Shown here piece after piece: positions 35,672 to 48,731 of a stretch of DNA of 64,000 nucleotides. Within the stretch, counting starts at the first letter, position 1, and every line of letters starts with the position of its first letter. The translations under genes were made by a program, and so were the position numbers. Below the pieces are notes generated by a model. It saw only the letters and a program-made list of their open reading frames with translations. It was not told where the DNA came from and searched no databases. Origin of the DNA: Squalus acanthias (taxonomy: Eukaryota); NCBI GenBank assembly GCA_030390025.1, contig JASTWF010000035.1:3100001-3164000 (forward strand), written 5' to 3'.

Positions 35672-36594
35672 CTACCCGCAAGGATGTTGGTCCCGTTCCA
35701 GTTCAGGTGCAACCCGTCTGACTTGTACAGGTCCCACCTTCCCCAGAAGCAGACCCAGTGATCCAGGAAACTAAAGCCCTCCCTCCTGCACCAACTCTTT
35801 AGCCACGCATTCATCTGCTCTATCCTCCTATTCCTATACTCACTAGCACGTGGCACTGGGAGTAATCCAGAGATTACAACTTTTGAGGTCCTGCTTTTTA
35901 ATCTGCTACCTAGCTCCCTAAATTCTTGTTGCAGGACCTCATCCCTCTTTCTACCCATGTCGTTGGTACCAATGCGAACCACGACCTCTGACTGTTTGCC
36001 CTCCCCCTTCAGAATGCCCTGCAGCCGTTCAGTGACATCCTTGACCCTGGAACCAGGGAGGCAACATACCATCCTGGAGTCATGTCTGCGGCCACAGAAA
36101 CGTCTATCTGTTCCCCTTACGATAGAATCCCCTATCACTATTGCTCTCCCACTCTTTTTCCTCCCCTCCTGTGCAGCTGAGCCACTCGTAGTGCCACGGA
36201 CTTGGCTCTTGCTGCATTCCCCTGAGAAACCCTCTCCCCCATCAGTATCCAAAATGGAATATCTGTCGGAGAGGAAGATGGATCCAGGGGACTTCTGCAC
36301 TACCTTCTTAGTTCTTTTACTCTGTCTGGTGGTCACCCACTCCCTGTCTGCCTGTGCACTCTTTACCTGCAGTGTGACCACCGTGTTAAACATGCTATCC
36401 ACGAAGATCTCAGCTTCGCGGATGCTCCACAGTGACTCCAGCCGCAGCTCCAGCTCCAGCTCCGAAACGCGGATTTCGAGTAGCTGCAGCTGGAGACACT
36501 TCCTGCACATGTTTTCGCCCTGGACACCTAAAGTGTCCCTGACTTCCAACATAGCACAGGAGGAGCACTCCACACTGCCGAGCTGCCCTGCCAT
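35672..36594 (-). pseudogene. CR1 ORF1p (CxxC...CxxC, coiled coil, SGNH esterase), open up to the SINE insertion
   Basis: MAGQLGSVECSSC...CRKC...GDSIVRG...GTND...DGLHLN. Confidence 0.85.
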
Positions 36595-36890
36595 GTCCTA
36601 CCCTTAATTTACTCCCTTTAAATTAAAGAATATTAAATACACTAGGGACCTTACTTCCCTTTAAGCACAACTTACTCCAAACTAGAGACCTTACTTTTAC
36701 TTTAATGACTGGAATGTAGAAATACTGTAGAAATACTCAGCGCTGGTTCTCTGTCCCCTCTTGTGCAGCTTTTTAGCTCCTGCTCTCCTGGAATCTTACA
36801 AAGATGGAAAAAAAAAAGGAATACCTCCCTCCCCGAACTCCCTCACTCACCAAACTCGCAGCTTAACACTCTGTTCCGATCTGCACTCCA

Positions 36891-39800
36891 TGTCTCAGTG
36901 TCAGTGGTCCCTGGATTTGGACTCTGGGTGTAAGTGGTCCCTGGATTTGGTGTCTCAGTGTCAGTTTTCTCTGGATTTGGTCTCTCAGTGTCAGTTGTCC
37001 CTGGATTTGGTCTCTGGATGTCAGTGGTCCCTGGATTTAGTGTCTCAGTGGTCCCTGGATTTGGTCTCTCAGTATCAGTGGTCTCTGGATTTAGTGTCTC
37101 AAGTCTCTGGATTTGTTCTCTGGGTGTAATTGGTCCTTGGCTTTAGTCTCTCAGTATCAATGATCCCTGGATTTGGTGTCTCAGTATCAGTGGTTCCTGG
37201 ATTTGGTGTCTTAGTGTCAGTTTTCTCTGGATTTGGTCTCTCAGTGTCAGTTGTCCCTGGATTTGGTCTCTGGATGTCAGTGGTCCCTGGATTTAGTGTC
37301 TCAGTGGTCCCTGGATTTGATCTCTCAGTATCAGTGGTCCCTGGATTTGGTGTCGCAGTGTCAGTGGTCTCTGGATATGGTGTCTCAGTGTCAGTTGTCC
37401 CTGGATTTGATCTCTCAGTGTCAGTGGTCCCTGGATTTGGTGTCTCAGTGTCAGTGGTCCCTGGATTTGGTGTCTCAGTGTCAGTGGACCCTGGATTTGG
37501 CCTCTGGGTGTAAGTGTTCTCTAGATTTGATCTCTCAGTGTCAGTGGTCCCTGGATTTGGTGTCTTAGTGTCAGTTTTCTCTGGATTTGGTCTCTCAGTG
37601 TCAGTTGTCCCTGGATTTGGTCTCTGGATGTCAGTGGTCCCTGGATTTAGTGTCTCAGTGGTCCCTGGATTTGGTCTCTCAGTATCAGTGGTCCCTGGAT
37701 TTGGTGTCTCAATAGTCTCTGGATTTGTTCTCTGGGTGTAATTGGTCCTTGGCTTTAGTCTCTCAGTATCAGTGGTCCCTGGATTTGGTGTCTCAGTATC
37801 AGTGGTTCCTGGATTTGGTGTCTTAGTGTCAGTTTTCTCTGGATTTGGTCTCTCAGTGTCAGTTGTCCCTGGATTTGGTCTCTGGATGTCAGTGGTCCCT
37901 GGATTTAGTGTCTCAGTGGTCCCTGGATTTGATCTCTCAGTATCAGTGGTCCCTGGATTTGGTGTCGCAGTGTCAGTGGTCTCTGGATTTGGTGTCTCAG
38001 TGTCAGTTGTCCCTGGATTTGGTGTCGCAGTGTCAGTGGTCTCTGGATTTGGTGTCTCAGTATCAGTGGTCCCTGGATTTGGTGTCGCAGTGTCAGTGGT
38101 CTCTAGATTTGATCTCTCAGTGTCAGTGGTCCCTGGATTTGGTGTCTTAGTGTCAGTTTTCTCTGGATTTGGTCTCTCAGTGTCAGTTGTCCCTGGATTT
38201 GGTCTCTGGATGTCAGTGGTCCCTGGATTTAGTGTCTCAGTGGTCCCTGGATTTGGTCTCTCTGTATCGGTGGTCCCTGGATTTGGTGTCTCAATAGTCT
38301 CTGGATTGGTTCTCTGGGTGTAATTGGTCCTTGGCTTTAGTCTCTCAGTATCAGTGGTCCCTGGATTTGGTGTCTCAGTATCAGTGGTTCCTGGATTTGG
38401 TGTCTCAGTGTCAGTTTTCTCTGGATTTGGTCTCTCAGTGTCAGTTGTCCCTGGATTTGGTCTCTGGATGTCAGTGGTCCCTGGATTTAGTGTCTCAGTG
38501 GTCCCTGGATTTGATCTCTCAGTATCAGTGGTCCCTGGATTTGGTGTCGCAGTGTCAGTGGTCCCTGGATTTGGTGTCTCAGTGTCAGTTGTCCCTGGAT
38601 TTGGTGTCACAGTGTCAGTGGTCTCTGGATTTGGTGTCTCAGTATCAGTGGTCCCTGGATTTGGTGTCGCAGTGTCAGTGGTCTCTGGATTTGGTGTCTC
38701 AGTGTCAGTTGTCCCTGGATTTGGTGTCTCAGTGTCAGTTGTCCCTGGATTTGATCTCTCAGTGTCAGTGGTCCCTGGATTTGGTGTCTCAGTGTCAGTG
38801 GTCCCTGGATTTGGTGTCTCAGTGTCAGTGGACCCTGGATTTGGCCTCTGGGTGTAAGTGTTCTCTAGATTTGATCTCTCAGTGTCAGTGGTCCCTGGAT
38901 TTGGTGTCTTAGTGTCAGTTTTCTCTGGATTTGGTCTCTCAGTGTCAGTTGTCCCTGGATTTGGTCTCTGGATGTCAGTGGTCCCTGGATTTAGTGTCTC
39001 AGTGGTCCCTGGATTTGGTCTCTCAGTATCAGTGGTCCCTGGATTTGGTGTCTCAATAGTCTCTGGATTTGTTCTCTGGGTGTAATTGGTCCTTGGCTTT
39101 AGTCTCTCAGTATCAGTGGTCCCTGGATTTGGTGTCTCAGTATCAGTGGTTCCTGGATTTGGTGTCTTAGTGTCAGTTTTCTCTGGATTTGGTCTCTCAG
39201 TGTCAGTTGTCCCTGGATTTGGTCTCTGGATGTCAGTGGTCCCTGGATTTAGTGTCTCAGTGGTCCCTGGATTTGATCTCTCAGTATCAGTGGTCCCTGG
39301 ATTTGGTGTCGCAGTGTCAGTGGTCTCTGGATTTGGTGTCTCAGTGTCAGTTGTCCCTGGATTTGGTGTCGCAGTGTCAGTGGTCTCTGGATTTGGTGTC
39401 TCAGTATCAGTGGTCCCTGGATTTGGTGTCGCAGTGTCAGTGGTCTCTAGATTTGATCTCTCAGTGTCAGTGGTCCCTGGATTTGGTGTCTTAGTGTCAG
39501 TTTTCTCTGGATTTGGTCTCTCAGTGTCAGTTGTCCCTGGATTTGGTCTCTGGATGTCAGTGGTCCCTGGATTTAGTGTCTCAGTGGTCCCTGGATTTGG
39601 TCTCTCTGTATCGGTGGTCCCTGGATTTGGTGTCTCAATAGTCTCTGGATTGGTTCTCTGGGTGTAATTGGTCCTTGGCTTTAGTCTCTCAGTATCAGTG
39701 GTCCCTGGATTTGGTGTCTCAGTATCAGTGGTTCCTGGATTTGGTGTCTCAGTGTCAGTTTTCTCTGGATTTGGTCTCTCAGTGTCAGTTGTCCCTGGAT

Positions 39801-40610
39801 TTGGTCTCTGGATGTCAGTGGTCCCTGGATTTAGTGTCTCAGTGGTCCCTGGATTTGATCTCTCAGTATCAGTGGTCCCTGGATTTGGTGTCGCAGTGTC
39901 AGTGGTCCCTGGATTTGGTGTCTCAGTGTCAGTTGTCCCTGGATTTGGTGTCACAGTGTCAGTGGTCTCTGGATTTGGTGTCTCAGTATCAGTGGTCCCT
40001 GGATTTGGTGTCGCAGTGTCAGTGGTCTCTGGATTTGGTGTCTCAGTGTCAGTTGTCCCTGGATTTGGTGTCTCAGTGTCAGTGGTCCCTGGATTAAGTG
40101 TCTCAGTGTCAGTGGACCCTGGATTTGGTCTCTGGGTGTAAGTGTTCTCTAGATTTGATCTCTCAGTGTCAGTGGTCCCTGGATTTGGTGTCTCAGTGTC
40201 AGTGGTCCCTGGATTTGGTCTCTCAATGTCAGTGGTCCCTGGATTTGGTGTCACGGTATCAGTTGTCCCTGGATTTGGTGTCTTAGTGTCAGTTTTCTCT
40301 GGATTTGGTCTCTCAGTATCAGTGGTCCCTGGATTTGGTCTCTCAGTGTCAGTGGTCCCTGGATTTGGTGTCTCGGTATCAGTGGTTCCTGGATTTGGTG
40401 TCTCGGTATCAGTGGTTCCTGGATTTGGTCTCTCAGTGTCAGTGGTCCCTGGATTTGGTCTCTCAATATCAGTGATCCCTGGATTTGGTGTCTTGGTATC
40501 AGTGGTCCCTTGATTTGGTGTCTCAGTATCAGTGGTCCCTGGATTTAATGTCTCAGTATCAGTGGTCCCTGGATTTGGTCTCTCAGTGTCAGTGTTCCCT
40601 GGATTTGGTC
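36891..40610. repeat. 30-bp minisatellite (TCTCAGTGTCAGTGGTCCCTGGATTTGGTG)n with a 1344-bp higher-order repeat
   Basis: About 125 units with 24-bp variants; diagnostic variants recur at +1344 (37501/38845, 37742/39086, 38324/39668). Confidence 0.95.
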
Positions 40611-41114
40611 GGTGAGCGGAACTTCGCTGTCACCATCTCCGCCTCCCAGTCCCTTCACTCAGCAGCTTTTCATCTTTTTCTTAGCTCTCTTTTTTCAGCC
40701 TTCCTGTTTTGTTCCTTTTAATGCCGGGCGAAGTGGGACGTCTCCCCATCGAAACGCTTGAGCTTTTTTATCGTGCTGCTCCACTTCTTATCAGATATAT
40801 TTCATTTAAAGCGATATTTAGCAGTAGAGTGCGAGGCCCCTAGGCAGAGTGGGTGAGTGAAGCAGGAGTCGGGATTCTGGGAGTGAAGGTGGAGCTGGAA
40901 TTCTGGGAGTGGAGGAGGAGCTGGGATTCTGAGAGTGGAGGAGGAGCCGGGATAGAGCAGCCTCACCAGGATCAATCTGGGAATTATTCAGTCAAGTTTC
41001 GAGAGCACTCGGGAAATTTCCCCGGAGCCAGCCCACCTCTGAGAGGCGGCCTCGGACCCAAAACTTCAGACACCAAACTCTGGAGGCGGACACATGCCTG
41101 GGGCAGCACTCCAG

Positions 41115-44100
41115 GAATCATAGAATCAGAACGGCACAGAAGGAGGCCATTCAGCCCATCGAGTCCATGCTGGCTCTCTGCAGAGCAATCCAGTCAGTCC
41201 CATTCCCCCGCTCTATCCCCGTAGCCCTGCAAGCTTATTTCCCTCAAGTGCCTATCCAGTCAACCCTTGAAAACATTGAGTGTCACCGCCTCCACCACTT
41301 CCGTTCCACATCCTCACCACTCGCTGCGTAAAAAAGTTTTTCCTCACATGCCCCCTGTATCTCTTGCCCAAAACCTTAAATCTGTGTCCCCTAGTCCTTG
41401 TACCATCAACTAGTGGGAACAGCCTTTCCTCGTCTAGCCTATCCAAACCCGACATAATCTTGTACACCTCTATCAAATCACCCCTCAACTTCCTTTGCTC
41501 TAATGAAAACAAATCCAGCTTCTCCAACCTGTCCTTGTAGCTAAGATCCCCCATCCCTGGAACCATTCTGGTAAATCTCCTCTGCACCCTCTCAAGGCCC
41601 TTCACATCCTTCCTAAAGTGTGGTGACCAGAACTGGACGCAATACTCCAGTTGTGGCCTAACCAGCGCTTTATAAAAGTTCAGCATAACTTCTCTACTTT
41701 TGTACTCAATACCTCTATTTATGAAGCCCAAGATCCTATATGCTTTGCTAACCACTGTCTCAATATGTCCTGCCACCTTCAGGGACCTATGCACATTAAC
41801 TCCCAGGTCCCTCTGTCCCTGCACACTCTTTAAAACTGTGCCATTAAGTGTATATTGCCTCTCCCTGTTCCTTCTGCCAAAATGCATCACCTCACACTTC
41901 TCTGTTAAATTTCATCTGCCACTTGTCTGCCCATTCTGCTAGCCTTTCTATGTCCTGTTGCAGTCGATTGGTATCATCCTCACTGATTGCCACACCCCCA
42001 AGTTTGGTGTCATTGGCAAATTTAGAAATTCTACTCTGTATTCCAATATCCAGATCATTATATCAAAAAAAGCAGTGGCCCGAGCACTGACCCTTGGAGA
42101 ACACCACTGTCTACCATCCTCCAGTCTGAAAAACAGCCATTTACCACAACTCGCTGTTTTCTATCCTTAAGCCAATTCCTTATCCAAGCTGCCACTGACC
42201 CAACTATTCCAGGAGCCTCAATTTTGTTAACCAGCTTTCTATGTGGTACTTTGTCAAACACCTTCCTAAAATCCATGTAGACAACATCCATTGCATTCCC
42301 TTCATCAATCCTCCCTGTTACTTCATCAAAAAATTTAATTAGATTAGTCAAACACGATCTGCCTTTTAGTAATAATTTTTCAAAACTCCCTGGATTCCGC
42401 TAAGGTCCCGGCAGACTGGAAAACTGCTAATGTAACACCCTTATTTAAAAAGGGCAGTAGACAGAAGGCTGGTAACTATAGACCGGTTAGCCTAACATCT
42501 GTGGTAGGTAAAATTTTGGAGTCCATTATTAAGGAAACAGTAACAGGACATTTGGATAATCATAATTTAATAGGACAAAGTCAGCATGGTTTTACGAAGG
42601 GGAAGTTATGTTTGACAAATTTGCTGGAGTTCTTTGAGGAAGTAACATATAGAGTGGATAAAGGGGAACCAGTGGACGTAGTGTATTTAGACTTCCAAAA
42701 GGCATTTGACAAGGTGCCACACAAAAGATTATTGCTTAAGGTAAAAAATCACGGGATTGGGGGTAATATTCTGGCATGGATAGAGGATTGGCTATCTAAC
42801 AGAAAGCAAAGAGTTGGGATAAATGGTTCATTCTCAGACTGGCAATCAGTAACTAGTGGTGTTCCACAGGGGTCAGTGCTGGGTCCCCAACTCTTTACAA
42901 TCTATATTAACGATTTGGAGGAAGGGACCAAGTATAACATATCAACATTTGCAGATGATACAAAGATGGGAGGGAAAGTAGTGAGTGAGGAGGACATAAA
43001 AAACCTGCAAGGGGACATAGACAGGCTAAGTAAGTGGGCAGAGATTTGGCAGATGGAATACAACACTGGAAAGTGTGAGGTGATGCACTTTGGCAGGAAA
43101 AATCCTAGAGCAATTTATTATCTTAATGGCAAGAAACTGGAGAGTACTGAAGTGCAAAGGGATCTGGGGGTCCTGGTGCACGAAACTCAAAAGGTTAGTA
43201 TGCAGGTGCAGCAAGTGATTAAGAAGGCAAATGGAATGTTGGCTTTCATTGCTAGGGGGATAGAATATAAAAATAGGGAGGTATTGCTTCAGTTGTACAA
43301 GGTATTGGTGAGACCGCACCTGGAATACTGCATACAGTTTTGGTGTCCTTACTTAAGGAAAGACATCCTTGCTCTCGAGGCAGTGCAAAAAAGGTTCACT
43401 CGGTTAATCCCGGGGATGAGGGGGTGGTCATATGAGGAGAGGTTGGGTAGATTGGGACTCTACTCATTGGAGTTCAGAAGAATGAGAGGCGATCTTATTG
43501 AAACATATAAGATTGTGAAGGGGTTGGATCGGGTGGATGCGGGGAGGATGTTCCCGATGACGGGTGAGACTAGAACTAGGGGACATAGTCTTAGAATAAG
43601 GGGCTGCTCTTTCAAAACTGAGATGAGGAGGAACTACTTCACTCAGAGGGTGGTAGGTCCATGGAATATGCTGCCACAAAAAGCTGTAGAAGCTACATCA
43701 TTAAATAAATTTAAAACAGAAATAGACAGTTTCCTAGAAGAAAAGGGCATTAAGGGTTACGGGGAGCGGGCAGGAATTTGGACATGAGTCTAGGTTCGGA
43801 TCGGTCATGGCCCTGTGGGTAGTGGAGCGGGCCCAGGGACCGTGTAGCCTGATTCTGCTCCTATTTCGTGTGTGCAATTCTGTTAGATGCAGGAGATGGT
43901 TCTGTGATCGATAGTAGATTGGCGGTTAGGATCAGATCAGCCATGATCTTATTGAATGGCGGAGCAGGCTCGAGGGGCCGATTGGCCTACTCCTGCTCCT
44001 ATTTCTTATGTTCTTATGTTCTTAAATCCGTGTTGGCTCTCCTTAATTAGCTTAAACCTCTCCAAGTGCCCGTTAATTTTTTCCTTGATTATTGTTTGTA

Positions 44101-44550
44101 AAACTTTACCCACCACTGATGTTAAACTGACCGGCCTGTAGTTACTAGGATTGTCCTTACACCCTTTCTTGAACAATGGTGTCACATTTGCCACTTTCCC
44201 CTGCATCTAGGGAAGATTGGAAAATTAAGGCAAGCCCTTCTGCTATCTCCTCCCCCAATTCCCTTAGCAACCTGGGATGCAAGCCATCTGGACCAGGTGA
44301 CTTATCCACTGTAAGCATACCCAGCCTTTCTAGTACATCCTGCCTATCAATTTTCACCCCTTCCATTGCTTCTACCTTTTCCACTTCTACCGATATTTTG
44401 CCAGCATCCACCTCCTTAGTAAACACCGATACAAAGTACTCATTGAGTATTCTAGCCTTGCCCTGCGTCTCGAAGCATATATCACCTTCTTTGTCTCTAA
44501 TAGGCCCCACCCCACCTCTTACTACCCGCTTACTGTTTACATGTTGGTAA
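41115..44550 (-). mobile_element. CR1 LINE split by a younger CR1
   Basis: ORF2 remnants 41252-41890 and 42058-42351, resuming at about 44025-44550 (..ESQHGF|KGRSCLTNL..). Confidence 0.88.
42368..44024 (+). mobile_element. Young 5'-truncated CR1, near-identical to 22848-24500
   Basis: Uninterrupted RT ORF 42501-43787; about a dozen substitutions against the 21400 copy by eye. Confidence 0.93.
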
Positions 44551-44706
44551 GGGGCAAGTGATCTTGGTACATGACACACGCCTGGGGCATCACTCCGAGA
44601 GTGATCCTGGTACAACATGCACCTCATGTCGCCATTGCTCCTTTTGGAAGAACAAGATGCAGGAATCCTTTGAATACAAATCTGAGTTGGCATTTTTTTG
44701 CGTTAA

Positions 44707-44712
44707 TTTATT
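44707..44712 (-). promoter_or_regulatory. Candidate polyadenylation signal for the - strand gene
   Basis: AATAAA on the minus strand at the end of an AT-rich unique stretch, about 1.55 kb downstream of the stop at 46258. Confidence 0.3.
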
Positions 44713-45099
44713 TTGAAATAAGGATATAATTATCTGCATTGTTTAATTTCCATATATTTGTGAAACAGTAACAATTAATTTTACAAAATGTTAAGTTAAT
44801 ATTTTTACAGAAACAAATAATTCAGGCAAAAATAATTAGTTTTTTTTTAGTAAAAGCTACAAAGCTGACCTTCCGGTGAAGCAGTGTTTGGAACGGGATG
44901 GAGGCTCAGCTGTTCGGGAGCAGGTTTAGGAATTGGTTTCAATATTAAGTAACAGGTTAGGATGGAGATTTTTAATTGGCTTGTAGATACGACAAAGGGG
45001 AATCTTTCACACAAATTCATTATTCAGAGGACAGTTTTGGCAGGATGCACACTTGTGTAACCTCCCCCCGACCCAAGTGTAGACAGGGGTGGGGGTCAC

Positions 45100-46040
45100 T
45101 GAGGTGGGGGGGGGCCGAGGGGTGAGGGGGGTCCAGGGGTTGAGCCCGGGGGGCGAGTGAGGGGAGCGTGAGTGAGGGAGGGGGGGCGTGAGTGAGGGAG
45201 GGGGGGGGGCGTGAGTGAGGAGGGCGGGGGGGTTGAGTGAGGGGGGTTGAGTGAGGGGGGCTTGGGGGGATGAGTGGGGGAGGGGGGGTTGAGTGGGGGA
45301 GGGGGGGTTGAGTGGGGGAGGGGGGGTTGAGTGAGGGAGGGGGGTTGAGTGAGGGAGGGGGGAAGGGGGTTGAGTGAGGGAGGGGGGAAGGGGGTTGAGT
45401 GAGGGGGGCCAGGGGGGGATGAGTGGGGGAGGGGGGGGGTTGAGTGAGGGAGGGAGGTTGAGTGAGGGAGGGGGGGGTTGAGTGGGGGAGGGGGGTTGAG
45501 TGAGGGATGGGGGGAAGGGGGTTGAGTGAGGGAGGGGGAGGGGGGCTGAGTGAGGGAGGGGGTTGAGTGAGGGAGGGGGAAAGGGGGTTGAGTGAGGGAG
45601 GGGGGTTGAGTGAGGGAGGGGGGGTTGAGTGAGGGAGGGGGAGTGGGGTTGAGTGAGGGAGGGGGGAAGGGGGTTGAGTGAGGGGGGAGGGGGGTTGAGT
45701 GAGGGAGGGGGTTGAGTGAGGGAGGGGGAAAGGGTTTGAGTGAGGGAGGGGGTTGAGTGAGGGAGGGGGAGGGGGGTTGAGTGAGGGAGGGGGGTTGAGT
45801 GAGGGAGAGGGGTTGAGTAAGGGAGAGGGGAAGGGGGTTGAGTGAGGGAGGGGGGAAGGGGGTTGAGTGAGGGAGGGGGGAAGGGGGTTGAGTGAGGGAG
45901 GGGGGAAGGGGGTTGAGTGAGGGAGGGGGAGGGGTGAAGGGTGTGGCCCTGGGGGGGGGGGGGGTGAGGGGTGCAGCCCGGGGCGGGGGTGGCGGTGAGG
46001 GGGGGGGGGTGCAGGGTGCGGCCCTGGGAGGGGGGGGTGA
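45100..46040 (+). repeat. G-rich low-complexity tandem repeat (GGGGGTTGAGTGAGGGA)n
   Basis: Dozens of TTGAGTG cores separated by variable G-runs. Confidence 0.92.
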
Positions 46041-46257
46041 GAGGTGCGGCCTGGGGGGGCACAAGACACTAGCCCCTTCCCCACAGACACACGCCACTCC
46101 CCCACAGATCAAGCCCCTCCCCCACAGACACACGCTCCCCCTCTTCCCAACCCTCCCCCCCCCCAAGATTGGGGCCCATCAGATTTTGCGCCCATTGCCC
46201 CATAGTATTCGCAGTATTGTGTGAGTGACTCATTTCTCACTCCTTCTATCATTCCAG

Positions 46258-46802
46258 TTACACTTGTGTCTGGAGCCAGTTCCTTGGGTCCAGTTTGGCC
46301 CGAATATTTCTCCAGCTCTGCCGCTCAGGAGTGGGTCGAGAAAAAGGCTTTATCTCGGATTCGGGGGTGCTGCTCTCACTGGAGGTTTCACTGGAGCTCG
46401 TACACAATAGTGCAGCATATTTGTTAGACAAAGCTTCTGCCCTCTGCGCTTGACATTTCAAACTCATTAGTTTGCCATCCAAAGAAAGAGTCCGTGGCCG
46501 GGGAACGTGTCTCTGTCCGGTGGTCTCGGGGAAATCCTGCGAATTCCAGTCCTTGGCTGAGCCATTATCAATAGGTTGGTTTGCGATTGGACATCTTTGT
46601 GCCCGGTCTGTGCAGGAACCATCACCGTCTGAAATAACACTGCCAGCCGACAAGGGCACAATATTTCTCCAAACTGTTTTCGGAGTATTTTCAAAAAGCA
46701 CGTACCAGGGGGGCAAGGCAGCATCTCCATGTCCCCCAACAGCCTGGACTCGCCTGCTCAATGTATCTGTGACAGAGTCAATGTCATCTGGAGAGTCAAT
46801 AG
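46258..46802 (-). CDS. Probable terminal coding exon of an unidentified host gene (about 180 aa)
   Basis: Strong acceptor TTTTCTCTCCTCTCTTCAG| at 46803; open non-repetitive frame IDSPDDIDSVTDTLSRR...PPWYVL...RPRTLSLD...KLDPRNWLQTQV*; C-terminal T-x-V motif. Confidence 0.68.
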
Positions 46803-47000
46803 CTGAAGAGAGGAGAGAAAATAATGTTCAATTCTGTACCAGAGCAGAGGCAAAATGTGACTTTAATTGTGATTTCTGATAAACTTAACTTAGGGAACAG
46901 CTCAGAGCGGCAAGGAGTCTCTCTCTATACAGCCATATCACAAATCAGACACGGACTCTGGGTGGAGTGGGACTGATGGGCCAATGATGGAATAATCAGA

Positions 47001-48731
47001 AATAACAACAGAAAACGCTGGAGATACTCAGCAGGCGAGGCAGCATCCGTGGAGAGAGAAACAGAGTTAAAGTTTCAGGTCGAAGACCCTTCGTCAGAAC
47101 TGGAAAAAAGCAGGAAATGAAATAGATTTAAAGCAAGTATAATGCTGGGAAAAGGGGGCGGGGATGAAAGAACAAAGGGGAAGGTCAGTGGTAGGATAGA
47201 AAGCAGGAGAGATTGAGAGACATTGAGAGACATTAAGAGATATTCAAGGCGAGAGGAGGCGGTAATGTGACAGGTTGAGGCTGGATGAAGTGTGAATTGT
47301 GCTGGCGGAATGAAGGACAGCTGCCAGCTTCAGGGAGGGAAGAAAAAAAGGCCAAAAAGGGTGGATGAAAAAATAAAAAATATATATATATATGTGATAG
47401 GGGCCGTGATTATGATCTGAAATTGTTGAACTCGATATTGAGTCCGGAAGGCTGTAAAGTGCCTAAACGAAAGATGAGGTGCTGTTCCTCAAGCTTACGC
47501 TGAGCTTCCGTGGAACAATGCAAGAGGCCGAGGACGGTGAGGTCAGAGTGGGAGTGGAGAATTAAAGTGACAGGCCACCGGGAGCTCGGGGTCCCCCTTA
47601 CGGACTGAACGGAGGTGTTCCGCAAAGCGGTCACCCAATCTGCGTTTGGTCTCCCCAATGTAGAGGAGACCACATCGTGAGCAGCGAATACAGTATACTA
47701 AATTGCAGGAAGTACACGTAAATCGCTGTTTCACCTGGAAGGGGTGTTTGGGGCCCTGGACAGTGGGAAGGGGGGAGGTATAAGGGCATGTGTAGCATCT
47801 CCTGCGCTTGCACGGGAAGGTGCCAGGCAAAGGGGAAGGGGTGCTAGGGGTGGTAGAGGAGTGGACTAGGGTGTCACGGAGGGAGCGGTCCCTGCGGAAT
47901 GCTGAAAGGGGAGGTGAGGGGAAGATGCGTTTGGTGGTGGGATCACGCTGGAGGTGGCGGAAATGGCGGAGGATGATCTGTTGAATGTGGAGGCTGGTGG
48001 GGTGAAAGGTGAGGACAAGGGGAACTCTATCGTGGTTCCGGGAGGGAGGGGAAGGGGTGAGGGCAGAAGTGCGGGAGTTAGAACGGACACGGTCGAGGGC
48101 CGTGTCAACCACAGTAGAAAGGAATCCTCGGTTGAGAAAAAAGGAAGACATGTCGGAAGTACTGGTATGGAAGGTAGCATCGTCAGAGCAGATGCGGCGG
48201 AGACGGAGAAACTGGGAGAATGGAATAGAGTCCTTACAGGAGGCGGGGTGGGAGGAAGCGTAGTCCAGGTAGCTGTGGGAGTCAGTGGGCTTGTAGTGAA
48301 TGTTAGTCAATAACCTATCCCCAGAGATGGAGACGGAGAAGTCGAGGAAGGGAAGGGAAGAGTCGGAGATGGACCATGTGAAGGTGAGGGAAGGGTGGAA
48401 ATTGGAAGCATAGTGAATGAAATTTTCTAGTTCAGGGCGAGAGCAGGAGACGGCACCGATACAGTCATCAATGTACCGGAAAAAGAGGTGAGGGAGGGGA
48501 CCCGAGTAGGACTGGAACAAAGCGTGTTCCACATAGCCCACGAAAAGGCAAACATAGCTAGGACCCATGCGGGTACCCATAGCAACACCTTTGATTTGGA
48601 GGAAATGAGTGGAGTCAAAGGAGAAGTTAACTCTGTTTCTCTCTCCACGGACGCTGCCTGGCCTGCTGAGTTTTTCCAGCGTTTTCTGTTGTTATTTCGG
48701 ATTTCCAGTATCCGCAGTATTTTGCTATCAC
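47001..48731 (-). mobile_element. 5'-truncated Penelope-like retroelement with inverted pLTRs
   Basis: pLTR at 47001-47100 (hammerhead-like CTGACGA..GAAA on -) and an inverted copy at 48626-48731; flanking duplication ATGGAATAATCAGA. Confidence 0.92.
47410..48622 (-). pseudogene. Penelope RT (C-terminal half) and GIY-YIG endonuclease
   Basis: QIKGVAMGTRMGP, FFRYIDD, LPFLD, NLVYCIRCSRCGLLYIGETKRRL..RFAEH; frameshift near 47555; ends PSGLNIEFNNFRS*. Confidence 0.92.

Larger units (their letters stand above)
34611..36890 (-). mobile_element. CR1 5' part: 5'UTR, ORF1 and endonuclease, interrupted by a V-SINE
   Basis: ORF1 starts at 36594; endonuclease YFNARSL..AITETW..GVYYRPP..GDF lies in 34611-35320. 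Confidence 0.9.

Noticed and set aside
37099..40254. 1051-aa mucin-like CDS as a confident feature
   Set aside because: No ATG, splice signals or unique domain, and the unit is intrinsically stop-free; kept only as a finding.
40611..41114. Unique-looking stretch with three roughly 26-bp GGGATTCTGGGAGTGGAGGAGGAGC repeats and ORF 40853-41224
   Set aside because: No convincing splice signals or recognisable protein, and the ORF runs into a CR1 tail; left unassigned.
45007..46224. Roughly 350-aa proline-rich ORFs
   Set aside because: Open in all three minus frames because of the C-rich repeat.
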